From: Octopus sinensis
Taxonomy: Eukaryota
DNA: 64,000 nt
Direction of reading: 5' to 3'
Assembly (NCBI RefSeq): GCF_006345805.1
Contig: NC_043002.1
Location: forward strand, 87,172,001-87,236,000
Shown here: one piece after another, positions 27,708 through 40,783 of the stretch
Layout: the number at the start of each line of letters is the position of its first letter
Numbering within the stretch: position 1 is the first letter of the stretch
Made by a program: the position numbers and the translations under genes
The notes under the pieces: generated by a model
The model's database searches: none
The model's input: the letters and a program-made list of their open reading frames with translations, nothing else
Told to the model about the DNA's origin: nothing

Positions 27708-28100
27708 TAAGTGGAAGGACCGCATCAGTGATCTTGAAATATTGGAAGGCTCTCGGTGTGAAAGTATAGAAGCTCTTGTGTTAAAGCAAAGACTCAGATG
27801 GAGTGGTCATCTGGTCAGGATGAAGGATTCAAGGATACCAAAACAACTCTTTTATGGAGAATTAGCTAAATGAGAACGACCTCCACATAAACCAAAAAAG
27901 AGGTATAAGGACTTGCTGAAGGCTTCCTTAAGAGATGCTAGCATTTCTCCTGACACATGGGAAGGCAGGGCTATTGATCGTAGCAGGTGGAGAAGGATTG
28001 TGCACGAGGGGACAGCCACTTTTGAGAAATCTCGAGTTGCACATGAGAAAGTAAGGAGGGATGTCAGGAAGGGGATCGCTGTTACACTTCCAGATGGGAA
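27702..28100 (+). mobile_element. RTE (BovB-like) LINE 3' fragment
   Basis: GIKWKDRISDLEIL...QRLRWSGHLVRMKDSRIPKQLFYGEL...KRYKDLLKASL...WEGRAIDRSRWR. Confidence 0.88.
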
Positions 28101-28819
28101 TATATATATATATTTATAGATAGATGTATATAGATGTATATAGACGGGGGTATAAGCATCAGTATATACATATATATGTATGTCTGTGTATAGTATGTGT
28201 ATGTATGTGTATACACACATACGTACAGACACACGCACACATATTCAGAATCCACATCCCAATTAAAGTAGACTTTGAACTTCAGTATCTGGAGATCGAT
28301 AACATTAGCCGAAGGCGGGCAGGAAGCTGAGTCATTGGAGCGATAAGTTAAATTGTTTGCAGTAATCGTTTCGGTTCACTGCAACAATTTTTGCCTTCCT
28401 TCCTTTCAGAGTGGACAAACTACATTCTTGTACTGGAGTCTGTTCTTCTCTTTCTCAAACTCTTTATTTTTGTGGATCTGTTTCTCACTTACTCTCTTTT
28501 TAAGGAAGAAATTGGCAGTGATCAGATCTAGGGAAAGTTGTGCTCCACCGGGTATAAAAGTAGCCCTGCTGTTTGTCACAATGAAGCCCTTCAGACTTCA
28601 TCAAGGAATCCATTGACAAAGCAAAGTGATGCAAAATAAGTAGGTAAACTGTGATAAATAGATTCCTAAAGTCCTGCCATACATATTACATTTTACATTC
28701 TACTAAAGTGCAGAATCGATACTTATCAAAAAGATCGCTGTAAATGATCCCGACAAGCTGAAACAGTAACGAGGTTTCCATTCCCTGTTGAAGTTCACCT
28801 CTCTCATATCATTCTTAGT

Positions 28820-29140
28820 GAAGGCGCGTGGCTTAATGGTCAGGGTAATCAGCTCACGATCGTAAAGTCGTGAGTTCGATTCCTGGCGGCGTGTTGTGTG
28901 CTTGGGTAAGACACTTTATTTCATGTTGCTCCAGTCCAATCGGCTGGCAAAAATGAGTTTTCCCTGTAATCCAATGAACCGGTCTTGTCACATTCTGTGT
29001 CTCTCTGAATCTCCCTGAGAACTACGTTAAGGGTACACATGTCTGTGGATTGGTCAGTCACTTGCACGTTGATTTCACGAGTAGGGTGTTCTGTTGATTG
29101 GATCGACTGGAACCCTCGTCGTCGTAACCGACGGACTACC
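28820..29140 (+). mobile_element. SINE family C, tail type 2
   Basis: Same head/core as 348-692 (gacactttatttca.gttgctccagt) but an unrelated 3' half. Confidence 0.78.
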
Positions 29141-29399
29141 ATTATTATGTCATTATTATGTTTGGGAAAGCCATAAGCATTTCAACAGTCTATTTCTTCT
29201 TCTCTAACCCATTAGGCTTTTGTTCTTAGCCAAACAGAATCCAACCAATCTTAACTGCTTAATTTTTAATTTTACTGGCTAGAGTATACTGAACACTCAG
29301 AAACAGACTAACACTCAAACATAGAAACTTACATACTTAAATACAAACACACACACGTCCACATACCCGTTTATTATACATTCATGGATACCTTACGGT

Positions 29400-29830
29400 G
29401 CAAGCATGCATTTAAATTCACTATGGTGTGTTGCTCTCATATGAAAACGGTGCTGTTGTTGCTGGACCCCTTCCTATATCTGAGATCACATCCTGAAAAT
29501 GGCCTTCAACTAATTCACTTACAGGCATCCACCACCCAACTCCATGTTCACTGTTGTGTTATTTTCTCTCCTTGTACTTTTCCTACTGCTACTATAAGAC
29601 TTTTGCGCTCACACCAGACATTACCGACCTACTCATCTTTTCTCTCATCAACCTTATTGGTCCTACGCCTTGGCCTTGCTCTAATCCCTACAACCAGTAT
29701 TTCCTTCCCAAAAGTTTGGCGCTCTGGGTTCCTCCCTGCTGATATGTTTGGCACAGGTGTTAACTTATAAAGGTTTAACAAAAATATTAATGTCATTAAT
29801 ATTACCAGTCCTGCAGGGCCACCTCCAGAT
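29400..29830 (+). mobile_element. Degenerate CR1/L2-group LINE 3' fragment
   Basis: Remnants resembling NxFxPxTxxLWNSLP and NLxxFxxNIN. A similar relic lies at 47410-47660. Confidence 0.5.
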
Positions 29831-29850
29831 CCAGCAATATATATATATAC

Positions 29851-30048
29851 CTAAAGCTCTTCGGGGCTCCGGCAGGGGGTGGTGGCGATCCCTGCTGTAC
29901 TCTTTCGCCACAACTTTCTCTCACTCTTTCTTCTGTAGGCCTGCTCTCTTAGCCAGTGGGGTGGCGTCATTTGAAGGCTAAAACAATGCGAAGCGCATTG
30001 TGACCAGCGATGTGTAGCAACATTTGATAGCCTGGTCGGTCACGTGAT

Positions 30049-30055
<7 letters not shown>
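29851..30055 (+). mobile_element. SINE family D core with a third tail type, 5'-truncated
   Basis: aagctc...ggcagggggtggtggcgatccctgctgtactctttcgccacaactttctctcactctttc is shared with 15507 and 61300, then diverges. Confidence 0.75.
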
Positions 30056-30124
<69 letters not shown>

Positions 30125-30724
30125 CACATACACACATATGCATGCGTAATACATACATATTGTTAAACCTTTATAAGTTAACAATAATGAGCTAAGTGAA
30201 ACAACGCAGAGTGTCTAGTGGCATGTATTTCAATAACATAGAAAAACATAGGTATATCAAATAGCATATAACACAAATTCTTAATTCATTAAAACTGTCT
30301 CCGCCTCTAGAGGATGTATCGTAATTACCAAATGGCAATGAAGACCCGCTTCACTTCAGAAGGGGAAATAATCTCACATTTCTAGAATGCTCCCTTGTTG
30401 ACTTGCAGTTATCGTTTCGGAAAAGGATAGGCTTATTTTCTGGAGAGAAAAGGACAGTCATTGACACATGTTTCTGGCTCAATAGCCATCATCAACACGA
30501 CAATTGTCTGACCTCATCTCCAGTAGGACTTAGACTTATACAAGAAAAAAAAAAGAGTAGAACACTTTTATGGCCTGGAGAATTGCATAATTGAAATAAA
30601 ATCCGCTCAGAGAAATAACTCAGACTGGCCTGCGGCATGTATTTGAAGAAAATAGACAAATACATGTATACTAAATACCATATACCATAAATTGTTGATA
30701 TTTTAGAATCATCTCCTCTTCTTG

Positions 30725-30762
<38 letters not shown>

Positions 30763-30996
30763 AGTCCAGAAGCTTTGCATATCTAACGGAGGCCTGAAAA
30801 TACATTTTAAGATCCACAAAAATCAGAACTTATCTATAGCTCTGTTGGTCCAAATCGGATATGCAGTCTATGTGGGTGCCTTTTCAAAACATTGTCGGGT
30901 TTAAAAAGCCACATCAGATGCCATGATGGTACTAAGATGTAGGTACAGAAGGTTGTCAAACCCTGCATAGGGAGTAGACAACTACCATATAAACTA

Positions 30997-31038
<42 letters not shown>

Positions 31039-31156
31039 AGTGAGTTTCGAGGGATATATTATCCGGACGGATAACATATTAGCTGTCAGTTAAGTTCCAG
31101 TTAAAAGTTAACCACAACGATCAGTATATATATATATATATAATATATATATATAT

Positions 31157-31271
31157 ATAGAATGGTTGTATTCTGTCAATCTAACAAGAACGTGACAGTA
31201 GGGGCTATACAGCGGTGGTGTACCCCCTACTGTCACGTTCTTGTTAGATTGACAGTATACAACCATTCTAT
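31157..31271. repeat. Near-perfect hairpin: 48-bp arms (1 mismatch), 19-nt loop
   Basis: 31157-31204 is the reverse complement of 31224-31271 except at one position. Confidence 0.97.
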
Positions 31272-31584
31272 CGCCCCACCACCGTACATGTCTCTACGAG
31301 AGATTTAGAAATTCAATATTTCTTATATATATATATATATGTATATATATACAAATATACTTTATTTGTAGGTTAGTAAAGCAACCAAGGGCTACATGTG
31401 AAAAGATCTTCACAATATTTTTAATTGTACCATATAGAAATGTTGGTACTAGTCCCCACGAGCACCAATATTTCCATGTGGTACGCTTGAACTATTGTAC
31501 AAGGCAGCCAATGAAATCATCATTGGTTGTCTTGTTAAGCCGCAAATAAATAAGATTTAACCATCAATTCGTGTTGAGCATTAA

Positions 31585-31631
<47 letters not shown>

Positions 31632-32190
31632 TCTCTCTCTCTCTCTCACGCACACACGCACACACACGCACACACACGCATGTATATATACATGCACAAA
31701 CACGAACTAGATAATGTTTATAATTCATACACCTGAATAAATGATTCTCTGTTAGAATTTCCGACCGTGAGAGTTGAAGTGTTCGATCAACAGAACGATG
31801 AGATTCATTGGATTCATGTGTAAGTGGCTGAATGTTCCACAGACACGTTTACTCTTTAAGTACTTCTTATGCGTAATGAGCGTTGAACAGTGTGACAACA
31901 ATCTACTTTTGCATACTTACGTGCATATTCCATCTACCTAATTTCATTCAAAAAGTATGAATCGACCATAAGCTATAGAAAAATGTCATCTTTCCAAGTA
32001 GCCAAGTAGCGGAATCAAAACCTGGAGCTCAAGATTGCGATACTGTAACATCTGTAACTGAACTTTAAAAATAATGATAAGCCTAACTTTTCGTGATATT
32101 ATCTAAAAAGCCGCCATTTTATCTAAATACCCAGTGACACTAGTTCAGTTATCACAGAGACAAGCCTCAGTAATCAATTTGGTCATATAC

Positions 32191-32357
32191 TCTTTACTCT
32201 TTTACTCTTTTACTTGTTTCATTCATTTGACTGTGGCCATGCTGGAGCACCGCCTTTAGTCGAGTAAATCGACCCCCAGAACTTATTCTTTGTAAGCCTA
32301 GTACTTATTCTATCGGTCTCTTTTGCCGAACCGCTAAGTTACGGGGACGTAAATATA

Positions 32358-32388
<31 letters not shown>

Positions 32389-32495
32389 GTGTGTGTGTGT
32401 ATATGTTAGTGTGTCTGTGTTTGTCCCCCCAACCTCGCTAGACAATCGATGCTGGTGTGTTTACGTCTCCATAACACAGACACACTAACATATAC

Positions 32496-32554
<59 letters not shown>

Positions 32555-32717
32555 CGACGGGCTTCTTTCAGTTTTCGTCTACCAAATCCTCTCACAAGGC
32601 TTTGGTCGGCCTGAGGCTATAGTAGAAGACACTTGCCCAAGGTGCCACGCAGTGGGACTGGACTCGGAACCATGTGGTTGGTAAGCAAGCTACTTGCCAC
32701 ACAGCCACTCCTACGCC
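32191..32717 (-). mobile_element. SINE family B with an internally inverted segment (about 32355-32473)
   Basis: Both ends read in minus orientation, but the middle tgtgtttgtccccccaacc...gctggtgtgtttacgtc reads in plus orientation. Confidence 0.9.
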
Positions 32718-33714
32718 TATATAAATATACAATATTAATTTAAATAACATGTACTGCGTCTTGATATTATACCAAAATATATATTTAAAAATCATAATGA
32801 AACAGGAATAAATAAAGGATTAAATGGAAATGGTAAAGAGTGCGTGTTTAAAAGTTGGGTAAGAATCTGAAAGATTATTTAATCTCAAACCAAACAACGT
32901 GAGCTTCAATTGATTTAGATAATGCTGTTTCTTATAAAACACAAGCCGTGCACTGATATTTTCTCTTAGAACAATTGATCCTTCTCTGATAGTCAAAAGT
33001 AAATCCAATCACAACTAAACAAAGTTACCTTTATGTGTTTGTTTAAGAAGACTTTTGTTTGTCTTAAGTGTGTTTATCTTAACTATTCAGCGCGTTCAAT
33101 CTGATAGCATTAGGAATTAGAAAACAGTTTGGGCTCAAGACACACAATGGAAGTCCACAGCTATGATATTAATCTTCCACCAAATAGAATTGTCATGTTG
33201 GCAATATGATTTTTTATTCTATCGCCAACATACAACTATAATTTACCTAACAATTTTCTTTGTTCATAAGATTATTTCCTCTTTCCCTATTATATCTTCA
33301 TATCTTCAGCCTTCCAGTCGTTTCTTATTTATCTGTACTTTTCAGTTCAGCATTGATTTATCGTAGTATCTCAAATAATATTTTTTTCTAATAAAAGAAA
33401 ACTTCAACGTTTATAATCTACTTGCTGCTAAAGACAGAAAGTTTACCGTTCGATCCCGTCATTAGCACTGCATAGTGTTTAAAGCTAATTCGCATAATTG
33501 TAATTTGCTTCAGTGTGTTTTAAGTGCAAACAAGTACTGGCTTTACTAAAATTTCTAGATATGTAACTAACAGCCATATATAGGAGTTTATATAATCGAT
33601 TGTTCCTCTATCCAAAAATTGTAGATGTTCTTAGTTCAGTATTCAGATAATAAACCAACCAAGGGCCTCTAGTACACACGGTAAACCATTAAGAGTTAAA
33701 TATTTTATCTAGGA

Positions 33715-33915
33715 CAGTGGTTTTCAACCAGGGTTCCGCCAGTACAGTCCAGGGGTTCCGCAAGAAGTTACAAAACTGCTAAAATCGGCAGTAATTTTTA
33801 ATTCTCCTGTGCAGATATGTGTGCATAAGAATATTAAATTATTGCACAGGGGTTCCCCGAGCCAGTGGAATGTTTCCTTGGGGTTCCGCTCCAGCAAAAA
33901 GTTTGAAAAGCACTG
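33715..33915. mobile_element. hAT (Charlie/Buster-like) MITE, 201 bp
   Basis: TIRs cagtggttttcaac / tttgaaaagcactg. Exact 8-bp TSD atctagga at 33707-33714 and 33916-33923. Confidence 0.92.
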
Positions 33916-34278
33916 ATCTAGGATAAGTCGATTCACTGGATTCTTTTTAACGCAGTAAACTACTCTGAAATATATTCTTATATATAATAAACAGTAATAT
34001 ATATGAAAATATCTAGTTAAGTATTGATCAGTTGTCAAGGTAAAATGTTAATTGATAAATCTACATATGAACTCGAGTGCTCATAAAAAGAGCGTTTAGC
34101 TCTAGTTTCCATAGCAGATAACCTAAGGACAATGCTGTTGTTTAGCTCTAGGCCAACGTTGACCGGGTAAACCTATGACGAAAACATTTTGGCTGTGACA
34201 TTCCTATTAAAAGAAAAAAATTAATGTAGTTCTAGATACACTAATGTAGCTGGAGTAATTTTAAATTGTTGAGAGAGT

Positions 34279-34351
<73 letters not shown>

Positions 34352-35591
34352 TCCTGAATTAACACTCAGCCTAATATTGGTAACATTTCATGCTACACAT
34401 TATAGCTACGCATTACCAGATGTAACATTTGCACAACACTATTAACTTGATATTTATTTCGCCTGCAGCTGATATGGGCATGGCATAACTTTTTACACTA
34501 TGTCACCTCATCACTAAAAGAATGACACGCAAAAAACATAAACGTGTTCGTGCACACATACGTTCACATACACACACCCTCGCACATTCATACAGACTTT
34601 TATATACACGAGCATAAATATCCGAAAGTATTTATATAGTTAGACAACAATGTCTATTATATTAATGACACTGGAAAATTTCTCAGCCCAGCCTTCTGCA
34701 TAAAGAATATAGAGTTAAATGTAGGCTTATATACTTAGCGTACTGAACCACAGAATATTTTATCAATTGAAAATACACCCATAATGAGAAGAAATGTTAT
34801 TACTTTTAACAGTATCAAAAAATTAAGGGAATTAACTCAGAAATTTTTATCAAATTGGAGACATGCAAGAGGAATGAATTTACTCTTGGCTGATATTGTA
34901 TAATAACGGTGTTATACAAACATTTGAGTAAAAATACACTTATCTTTCTCAATGGACGTTCACCTAGATTGTCTATAGACTCCATTTTCTTAGTATTTTC
35001 TAATAATTTAGCAAGAAACTCTCTTACGATGCTTTTGTAAAATTCAAGGTCAAATCTGACTGAACAGACAGATGACCAACAGCAATCCAAGCGTGACAAT
35101 CACTGTTTGATTCGGGGTAGATTGCACTGGTTATCTTATACGTGCTTTTGTTATTTAACGTGTGATTCGAGGGAAGCTATTTGTAGTTAATGAAGCCCCC
35201 ACGTATAAGACTCCTTCTTGAATTCGAAACCAAATTAAAGTCTTTTGTTTCAAGAATTAAACGATGTTATTTGCCTGATTGAAAAAATATTCTGAAACAC
35301 ACCCTGGGATTTCTTAGCAAGGGAGATTTTGTTAACATTAAATGTTTGTTCAGGCACCTCCTGTAATGTTCTCCCTCTCCTCACCGTCAACCTTCTTCCC
35401 ACTTTCTCCTTCCTTCCTTTCTCTTACTCCTTACTCATCCTCATCAGTGTCATCGTTACAATTGGTGTCTTCATCACCAAGTTGTACTTCCTATTTTACT
35501 GTACTCCTGCGAGACTTGGATGGTTTATGAACGCCACGCCACGTGAATTTTCACGTGAGAAAGCTACTGAAAATCATCTGGCAATCATATA

Positions 35592-36020
35592 GGCGCAGGA
35601 GTGGCTGTGTGGTAAGTAGCTTGTTTACCAACCACATGGTTCCGGGTTCAGTCCCATTGTGTGGCACCTTGGGCAAGTGTCTTCTACTATAGCCTCGGGC
35701 CGACCAAAGCCTTGTGAGTGGATTTGGTAGACGGAAACTGAAAGAAGCCCGTCGTATATATGTATATATGTCTATATATATATGCATGTGTGTGTTTGTG
35801 TGTCTGTGTTTGTCCCCCTAGCATTGCTTGACAACCGATGCTGGTGTGTTTATGTCCCCATTACTTAGCGGTTCGGCAAAAGGGACCGATAGAATAAGTA
35901 CGGGGCTTACAAAGGAATAAGTCTCGGGGTCGAGTTGCTCGATTAAAGGCGATAGTCAAATGGCTGAAACAAGCATGGCCGCAGTCAAATGACTGAAACA
36001 AGTAAAAGAGTAAAAGAGTA
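35592..36020 (+). mobile_element. SINE family B, full length
   Basis: ggcgcaggagtggctgtgtgg...aagtaaaagagtaaaagagta. Confidence 0.92.
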
Positions 36021-36029
36021 AGACAAAGT

Positions 36030-36720
36030 CCTAGATACGGAGGTCCTTCCGCGACCTGATCTGCCGAGCATCTACGCACTGCTGAGGAGAGGGCAAATCA
36101 GATGGGCAGGCCGTCTTGTTCGATTGCCCGACACACGCCTCTCCAGGAGCAAACTGACAGAAGTTAAATGCACGCATAGTGGACTGATAAAGCGCTTCAA
36201 AGACACACTCAAAGCATCACCGAAGAACTTTGAGATCAACTCCGACACCTGGGAAATGCAAGTGCAAGACCTCCCTGCCGGGCGCAGCTGCACTATCTGA
36301 GGTGCCGCATCCTACGTATAGAACAGGATTGCAGTGGTACACAGAAAGCGCGTGCTGTGCCACGCCAGGGCCAACTCCTCGCTCTCAGTCCCAGCAGATC
36401 ACCAATGCCCAATCTGACCAGCAGCAAAACCTTTCAAGACGGCATCGGACTGATCGACTACAGCCAGACATACCATTTTCTTCTCTCATGTGATGTCTTT
36501 GGTCATCGTCCACAACAATGGAGGACCTAATAGGTATCATCATCATCATCATCACCATCATCGTCATCATTATTGTCGTCATTGTCGTGCTCCTCCTCCT
36601 CCTCTTCATCGCTATCATCATCACCATCACCATCCTCTTTCCTTTCTCACCTCGTTCTCATCATCATCATCACCACCCTATTCCACTGTGGCCGCAACCA
36701 CCGCAACTGCCGTCGGCCAT
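36030..36720 (+). mobile_element. RTE (BovB-like) LINE 3' end followed by a (CAT)n/(CTC)n tract
   Basis: DLPSIYALLRRGQIRWAGRLVRLPDTRL...KRFKDTLKAS...FEINSDTWEMQVQD, with a 3' end tggtcatcgtccacaacaatggagga. Confidence 0.82.
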
Positions 36721-37060
36721 CTTGTCAAAATTATGTTGAAAGTAGAAATACGGCAAGAAACTTATGAAGTGCGTTCCAGAAGTTTTGAGACTCTTTAGGA
36801 GAGGCGGTTATAACTCTTGTACATTATGGTAATTTTAGTACATCATTACTATAGATCTTATAAGCTGAACTGCCAACTTTTGTTTTTGTAGAGTGAAGGA
36901 GACGGCTATAACAACAATTTGAACATGCCCTAGAAAAAAAAAAAAAACACAGCTTGTCATAACTGAATGGTCTGCAGAATGCATTCAGGGCGTTTGTAAA
37001 CTCGCTATGCAATAACATTTTGTGATAAAGTGGGTAAAACGTGACAGAAGCTTATGAAAT

Positions 37061-37475
37061 GCGGCGAGCTGGCAGAATCGTTAGCATGCCGGGCGAAATG
37101 CTTAATTGTATCTCGTCTGCTGTTACGTTCTGAGTTCAAATTCCGCCGAGGTCGACTTTGCCTTTCATCCTTTCGGGGTCGATTAAATAAGTACCAGTTA
37201 CGCACTGGGGTCGATTTAATCGACTTAATTCGTTTGTCTGTCTTTGTTTGTCCCCTCTGTGTTTAGCTCCTTGTGGGTAGTAAAAGAAATAGGTATTTCG
37301 TCTGCCGTTACGTTCTGAGTTCAAATTCCGCCGAGGTCGACTTTGCCTTTCATCATTTCGGGGTCGATAAATTAAGTACCAGTTACGCACTGGGGTCGAT
37401 GTAATCAACTTAATCCCTTTGTCTGTCCTTGTTTGTCCACTCTATGTTTAGCCCCTTGTGGGCAATGAAGAAACG
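37061..37475 (+). mobile_element. Head-to-tail dimeric family A SINE enclosed by a single TSD
   Basis: Full monomer to about 37293, junction gaaataggtatttcgtctg, then a 5'-truncated monomer. TSD agaagcttatgaaat at 37046-37060 and 37476-37490. Confidence 0.92.
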
Positions 37476-37519
37476 AGAAGCTTATGAAATGCTCCAGACT
37501 ACACATAAATTAACTTTTT

Positions 37520-38080
37520 CGCCAGAGAGAAGGTAAGAGACGATGAGAGAAGCCCGAGGGAGAGGAACGTCAGGACATCAGAGCTGGTAGAGAAAATTCG
37601 TAATTTTCTAGATGACGACCGTCATGCGTCTATGAAGACATTAAGAATACAGTTTAGAGTAGGTGTGGCAACTGTACACAGAATTATTCATGAAGATCTG
37701 AACATGCGTAAAATTTGTGCTAAGTTTGTTCCGAGGGTGCTTCGTGACAAGTACCTTGGTGATCAACTACTTGATAGAGATGGACATCAAAACTATACCT
37801 CACCCACCCTACAGTGCAGACCTTGTCACTTGGTTGTTGCCCAAGCTAAAAGAGAACCTCAAGGATTGACCATTCTGAAGGTGAAGAAGGCTGTGATAAC
37901 GATCTTGAATACCTTCACTTAGGAGGAATTCCACGGGGCCTTCACAAAGTGGCAGGAGTGCTACAACTTGTGCGTTGAAGTCAGAGGATCCTACTTTGAA
38001 GGAGGTTATAGTTTTGTACTTCTTTGAAATAAATAAATGTCTCTCCTGAAAAAGTGTGAAAACTTCCGGAATGCACCTTG
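37520..38080 (+). mobile_element. Deleted mariner relic (third lineage)
   Basis: VATVHRIIHEDLNMRKICAKFVPRVL (WVPxxL motif), 3' fragment FHGAFTKWQECYNLCVEVRGSYFEG, TIR-like end gaaaacttccggaatgcacctt. Confidence 0.8.
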
Positions 38081-40305
38081 TCAGCAGTCATCCTTAAGGA
38101 CGATTAGATGGTTTTCGTTGATTCGAAGGAAAACATGAGATCTGGTACTCATGCTGCAAATACGAAATATGAACATTTGAAAACTCCAGTAGTTGATAAA
38201 CGCTATTAAATGTTTTAATGAAGAGAATAAAACGTAGCACTTGGACAGCTATGTCTGGAGGAAGCGTTCAATTGACACAATTTCCGACGGAATTAATGAT
38301 GTTTAAGAGAAAACTATTAAAAAAAAGATTGTATAAAATTACAAGCTTAGATCGATTTGATTAAAAATAATTATCATGTATGTTACAATCAAGAATAAAT
38401 AAAAAAAAGGTAACAAGAACGAAAATTGACAACCAGCATATCAAGTGTTTTAGAAACTTCAGCAATCACTTCGGTGGGAATTAAAGTGTTGCATTGAAAC
38501 ATAAAAAAAAAACAGTCGATATAAAATGTTATTGATCAGTAAAATGGATTTTACCGACATCAGCACCTGACTGGTACTTGGGAGTCTTTAGTGGAGTACA
38601 CTCTGTTGCCAATATTTGGGTATTTTTTCCTACCCATCTTTTCATCAGTCTTTCAGTCTTTGAAAAAGGAGTCAGATGCACTTCTCTATTTCCCGCAACT
38701 GTCATAATACATACATACATGCAAGCATACATCATTCGTAGGTACATACATACATGCATACATACTTACATACATATGTACATACATGGTGGCTATCAAG
38801 TCGTAGACGAGTATATCCGTAACTGACAAATTATCTTACCATAGATGTTAAAAAAAATCCTGTCAGTAAAGCCCGCGCTGATATGTAAAGTCAATAACAG
38901 CTTGCACAACACCGCTTAGGTTCTCACCTACAATGTCAAGATTTCTGGCTTCGTAATGGGACTGGTGTTATTTCGGATTTATATTCTCCTAGAAAGATGT
39001 CTAAACAAGGACTAGAGGTCTCTCACTCCCAGCTGTAAGAGAAATGTCCTTTAACTCTACTGAATTCATCAGTTTATCGACAGGTTTAGTTTTTCGTCCT
39101 TGTACGGTGTCCATCGAAAACCGGTTGAGGTCTAGAGATGCTCAATATAGAAAATACGTAGTAGTAGTCAAATGGTTTGAACTTAAACTCCAGAGTCTTC
39201 ATGAGAACTAAGTCCAAGGGGTAAAGAGTGGCTATAAGAGGAATCCAGGTGAGTTGGTATGGAGATCCTAGAAGGATGCTATGACAACAGCTTGCTGTCC
39301 TTCACTTGCAGTGATTTTACCGCGCACCCTAACACAAGTCAAAGGTATTTCTGTGTTCCTGCACTCGGAATATCCATACATATGCTAGCTAACTCATAGG
39401 TGGGACTCTGACAGGTTCTAATACCCCGGATCAAAGACCCCGGAACAATAGTGGTTAAGAAGTGGTCCCACACTCTTCAAAACCCTGGAAATCCCAAATC
39501 AGAACCCCATTACTTGATGCAGCTTAAAGTCCTCTCCCAGTGTGTTTATGTATGTATGTACATATATATATATATATACAAACACACACATATATATACA
39601 TATATATATACATATATACATATGCACACACACATATATATACACACATACATACACGCATATGTACCTGTATATATACACTCACACATAATACACACGC
39701 ATATATGTTCATATATACGATAAATTTATATATGTATGTATGCATGTATGTATGTAATAATTTTACATTTATTACATAAAAATATATTTTATATTTATTA
39801 CAAATGTAAATTTAAAGTGTAATTTAGCACCTTGGTAAGACAGAATAAAAAAAAATTCAAAACAAGAATAAATGGTGAATGACTAACGAAAGTCTAAAGT
39901 ATTTATCTCTGTGATTAAAAAAAAAAAGAAATATAAAACGGTTGGAAGTATTTTTTACTTGCAATCTCATATAATCTACAATATAATATAATTTACATTT
40001 CATCAGAAAAAAATTCTGAATTTTGACAACAAATTATTTAAAACGATTTGAAGCAATTATTACCACACGAGAGATTCTTTTAATGTACATAATTGCGATT
40101 TTTATATTCCATAAAACTTCGAGGCATTGTTTAGAAAGACAAATTTCTCTTTTCCTTTACAGCAATAAAGTGCTGTGCTAATGTTAAATTGTTAACTAAC
40201 GTGACATTTCCAAGGTTTTCAATCCAATTTTATAAATCCAATAGTATGATTAGATAAGTTATTGAATTCAAGCAGCGTGGTACACGTTCATTTACTGTTA
40301 CAAGA

Positions 40306-40783
40306 ACAGACAAAGGGATTAAGTTGATCACATCGACCCCAGTACGCAACTGGTGCTTAATTTATCGATCCCGAAAGGATGAAAGGCAAAGTCGACGTCG
40401 GCAGAATTTGAACTCAGAACGTTAAGACAGACGAAATACCTATTTCTTTACTACTTAAAGGGGCTAAACACAGAGAGGACAAACAAGGACAGACAAAGGG
40501 ATTAAGTCGATTATATCGACCACAGTACGTAACTGGTACTTAGTTTATCGACCCCGAAAGGATGAAAGGCAAAGTCGACCTCGGCGGAATTTGAACTCAG
40601 AACGTAACGGCAGACGAAATACGGCTACGCATTTCGCCCGGCGTGCTAACGTTTCTGCCAGCTCGCCGCCTTTTTAAAGGTAAAGCCGACCCCAGCGGAA
40701 TTTGAACTTAGAACGTCAAGATGGACGAAATACTACTAAGCATTTTGCCTGGCGTACTAACGATTCCGCCATCTCACCGCCTT
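40306..40783 (-). mobile_element. Family A SINE dimer (40306-40672) inserted next to an older family A head (40675-40783)
   Basis: Same dimer junction as 37061, read on the plus strand as cagacgaaatacctatttc at about 40428-40446. Confidence 0.85.

Noticed and set aside
28493-28600. Possible poison cassette exon in intron 3 ending at a GTAAGT donor (28492)
   Set aside because: No convincing acceptor is present, and isolated consensus donors are common in an 18-kb intron.
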